Shown here: positions 62,922 through 64,000 of the stretch, piece after piece
How positions within the stretch are numbered: the first letter of the stretch is position 1
How the letters are laid out: each line of letters begins with the position of its first letter
Assembly: GCA_035762565.1 (NCBI GenBank)
Contig: DASTOJ010000305.1
Span: forward strand, 6,835 to 70,834
Reading direction: 5' to 3'
From: Candidatus Methylomirabilota bacterium
GTDB taxonomy: Bacteria; Methylomirabilota; Methylomirabilia; Rokubacteriales; CSP1-6
DNA: 64,000 bases
The notes under the pieces: model-generated
What the model was told of the DNA's origin: nothing
The model's database searches: none
Seen by the model: only the letters and a program-made list of their open reading frames with translations
Position numbers and translations under genes: made by a program

Positions 62922-63126
62922 CTCAGCAGGGTCTGGAGGCCCCGGCGTCAGCGCGCCGAGCCCGCCAGTGTCGAGGCTGCATCGACCAGTGTCCGCCTGA
63001 CATCGGGCACGACACGACCGCGCCGCCCGCCCCGCGAGGTACCTGTCGTTGCATCATTCCCACCCTGGCCCCCGTCTTGCTCAGCGCGTGCGACACGACG
63101 TCGCGCACTGCGGCGAGGAGGCCAGG

Positions 63127-63630
63127 ATGACCGAGCTGATGGATCTCACGCTCGCGCGGCGGGTGGACCGCCTGGAGCGCGCCCACCGCCGGTGGCGTCG
63201 TCTGGCGATGGTTTCGGCCGTCGGCCTGGTGGCGGTCGGGCTCATGGGCCAGAAGCCGGCGCCGCGGATCGTCGAAGCCGAGCGCTTCATCCTCCGCGAC
63301 GCAGCCGGTCGCGCACGGGCCGAACTGGTGGTGGACGGCGAGCAGTCGGTGGCGCTGCGCTTCAAGGATGCCGACAGCATGCCGCGCCTGTCCGTCGGCA
63401 CCGAGAACGGCGCCGCCGTCGTGGTGCTCAACGAGCAGGGCGGCCGCGTCCGGGCAGGTCTGGTCACGCTGCCGCACGGCGCCCCCGCCCTCACCTTCTA
63501 CGACAGCAACGGCAAGAACCGCGCGGAGCTCGCCCTCACCCGGGAAGGCGCCCCCGCCCTCACCATCACCGACCGCGACGGCTTCCTCGCCTGGAAAACC
63601 CCCGAGCCCCCCGGCCTCACCGGCCGCTAG
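63127..63630 (+). CDS. Membrane-anchored hypothetical protein with five ~23-aa internal repeats (phi-x-phi-x-D-xx-G-xx-R-a-x-L), 167 aa.
   Basis: RBS GGAGG. TM helix LAMVSAVGLVAVGLMG. Repeats: FILRDAAGRARAELVV / LRFKDADSMPRLSVGT / VVLNEQGGRVRAGLVT / TFYDSNGKNRAELALT / ITDRDGFLAWKT. Confidence 0.45.
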   Translation: MTELMDLTLARRVDRLERAHRRWRRLAMVSAVGLVAVGLMGQKPAPRIVEAERFILRDAAGRARAELVVDGEQSVALRFKDADSMPRLSVGTENGAAVVVLNEQGGRVRAGLVTLPHGAPALTFYDSNGKNRAELALTREGAPALTITDRDGFLAWKTPEPPGLTGR

Positions 63631-63656
63631 CCTCCGTGACACTCCTCGATCACCCG

Positions 63657-64000
63657 TTAGCCGCGCTGGACCACGTTCAGCGCTGAGCCGGCCCTGAACC
63701 AGTCGAGCTGAGAGGCGCCGAACGAGTGGGAGAGCAACAGGGTCTCGGTCGTGCCGTCGGCGTGTGTGACCACGCAGCGCACGGGCAGGCCGGGCGCGAT
63801 CGCCGCGAGACCCACCAGGCTCAGACGGTCGTCCTCGCGGATGCGGTCGTAGTCAGCCGGGACCCGGAACGTCAGCGCGAGCAGGCCCTGTTTCTTGAGA
63901 TTCGACTCGTGAATGCGCGCGAAGCTTCGGGCGATGACGGCGGCGCCGCCGAGCAGCCTCGGTGACAGCGCCGCGTGCTCGCGACTGCTGCCCTCGCCGT
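63657..64000 (-). CDS. acnA: Aconitate hydratase (AcnA-type), C-terminal swivel domain, 3' partial. The 5' end lies beyond the window.
   Basis: Minus-strand translation ...[25 protein letters not shown]...DYDRI...[33 protein letters not shown] matches the conserved aconitase C-terminus. Not in the ORF track because no start codon falls inside the window. Confidence 0.7.
   Translation of the reverse strand, partial: GEGSSREHAALSPRLLGGAAVIARSFARIHESNLKKQGLLALTFRVPADYDRIREDDRLSLVGLAAIAPGLPVRCVVTHADGTTETLLLSHSFGASQLDWFRAGSALNVVQRG

Noticed and set aside
63726-63965. 79-aa plus-strand ORF near the window end
   Set aside because: It lies antisense to the clearly conserved aconitase C-terminal coding sequence on the minus strand.

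Overview
This is a high-GC (~70%) bacterial chromosomal segment, densely packed with about 70 protein-coding genes, one tRNA (tRNA-Met, CAT anticodon) and no transposase, integrase, CRISPR array or rRNA. All calls come from reading the six-frame ORF track and the sequence by eye; no database search was run.

Recognisable blocks, in order:
- 93-1526: a sensor histidine kinase.
- 2622-2696: tRNA-Met.
- 2825-3965: a sigma54-type -24/-12 promoter in front of a hyper-acidic small protein and a membrane protein.
- 4029-6219: a translationally coupled operon of an (Fe-S)/CCG oxidoreductase, a DUF3501 protein and a cytochrome c lipoprotein.
- 6387-7311: a rubrerythrin and a Fur/PerR-like regulator.
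- 7878-9293: an orphan NtrC-type sigma54 activator.
- 9348-13925: uvrA, translationally coupled to an SCP-x-type thiolase plus a DUF35 OB-fold partner.
- 14073-15815: a KefB-type K+/H+ antiporter.
- 16979-19903: tctCBA (tripartite tricarboxylate transporter).
- 20014-23402: a MoxR-VWA(CoxE)-DUF3047-lipoprotein operon.
- 23557-29467: an M48 peptidase, a PrpB-like lyase, two LLM oxidoreductases, an M20 amidohydrolase, Cu/Zn SOD and a citrate-synthase homologue.
- 30417-32075: a 552-aa tandem ThyX-like protein.
- 32088-33082: azlCD.
- 36570-37784: a MlaC-SPOR fusion protein.
- 37826-40038: a CgeB-like glycosyltransferase coupled to a Zn-ribbon threonine-synthase-like PLP enzyme.
- 42753-47742: a complete tolQ-tolR-tolA-tolB-pal-ybgF cluster with a near-consensus sigma70 promoter.
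- 47868-48350: an orphan zf-HC2 anti-sigma factor.
- 63657-64000: the 3' end of an aconitase.

The most interesting region is an 11-gene co-directional minus-strand array (49987-60798). It ends in a phosphonate-biosynthesis core: a phosphoenolpyruvate mutase fused to a nucleotidyltransferase, a phosphonopyruvate decarboxylase and an MBL-fold protein. Directly upstream sit a GldA/GldF/GldG-like ABC-2 exporter with its DUF4340 partner, a 4HBT thioesterase, an AAA ATPase and a DUF151 protein. The arrangement suggests synthesis and export of a nucleotide-activated phosphonate-decorated product.

A ~115-bp GC-rich palindromic repeat occurs at two convergent intergenic spacers (13969-14082 and 47761-47875).
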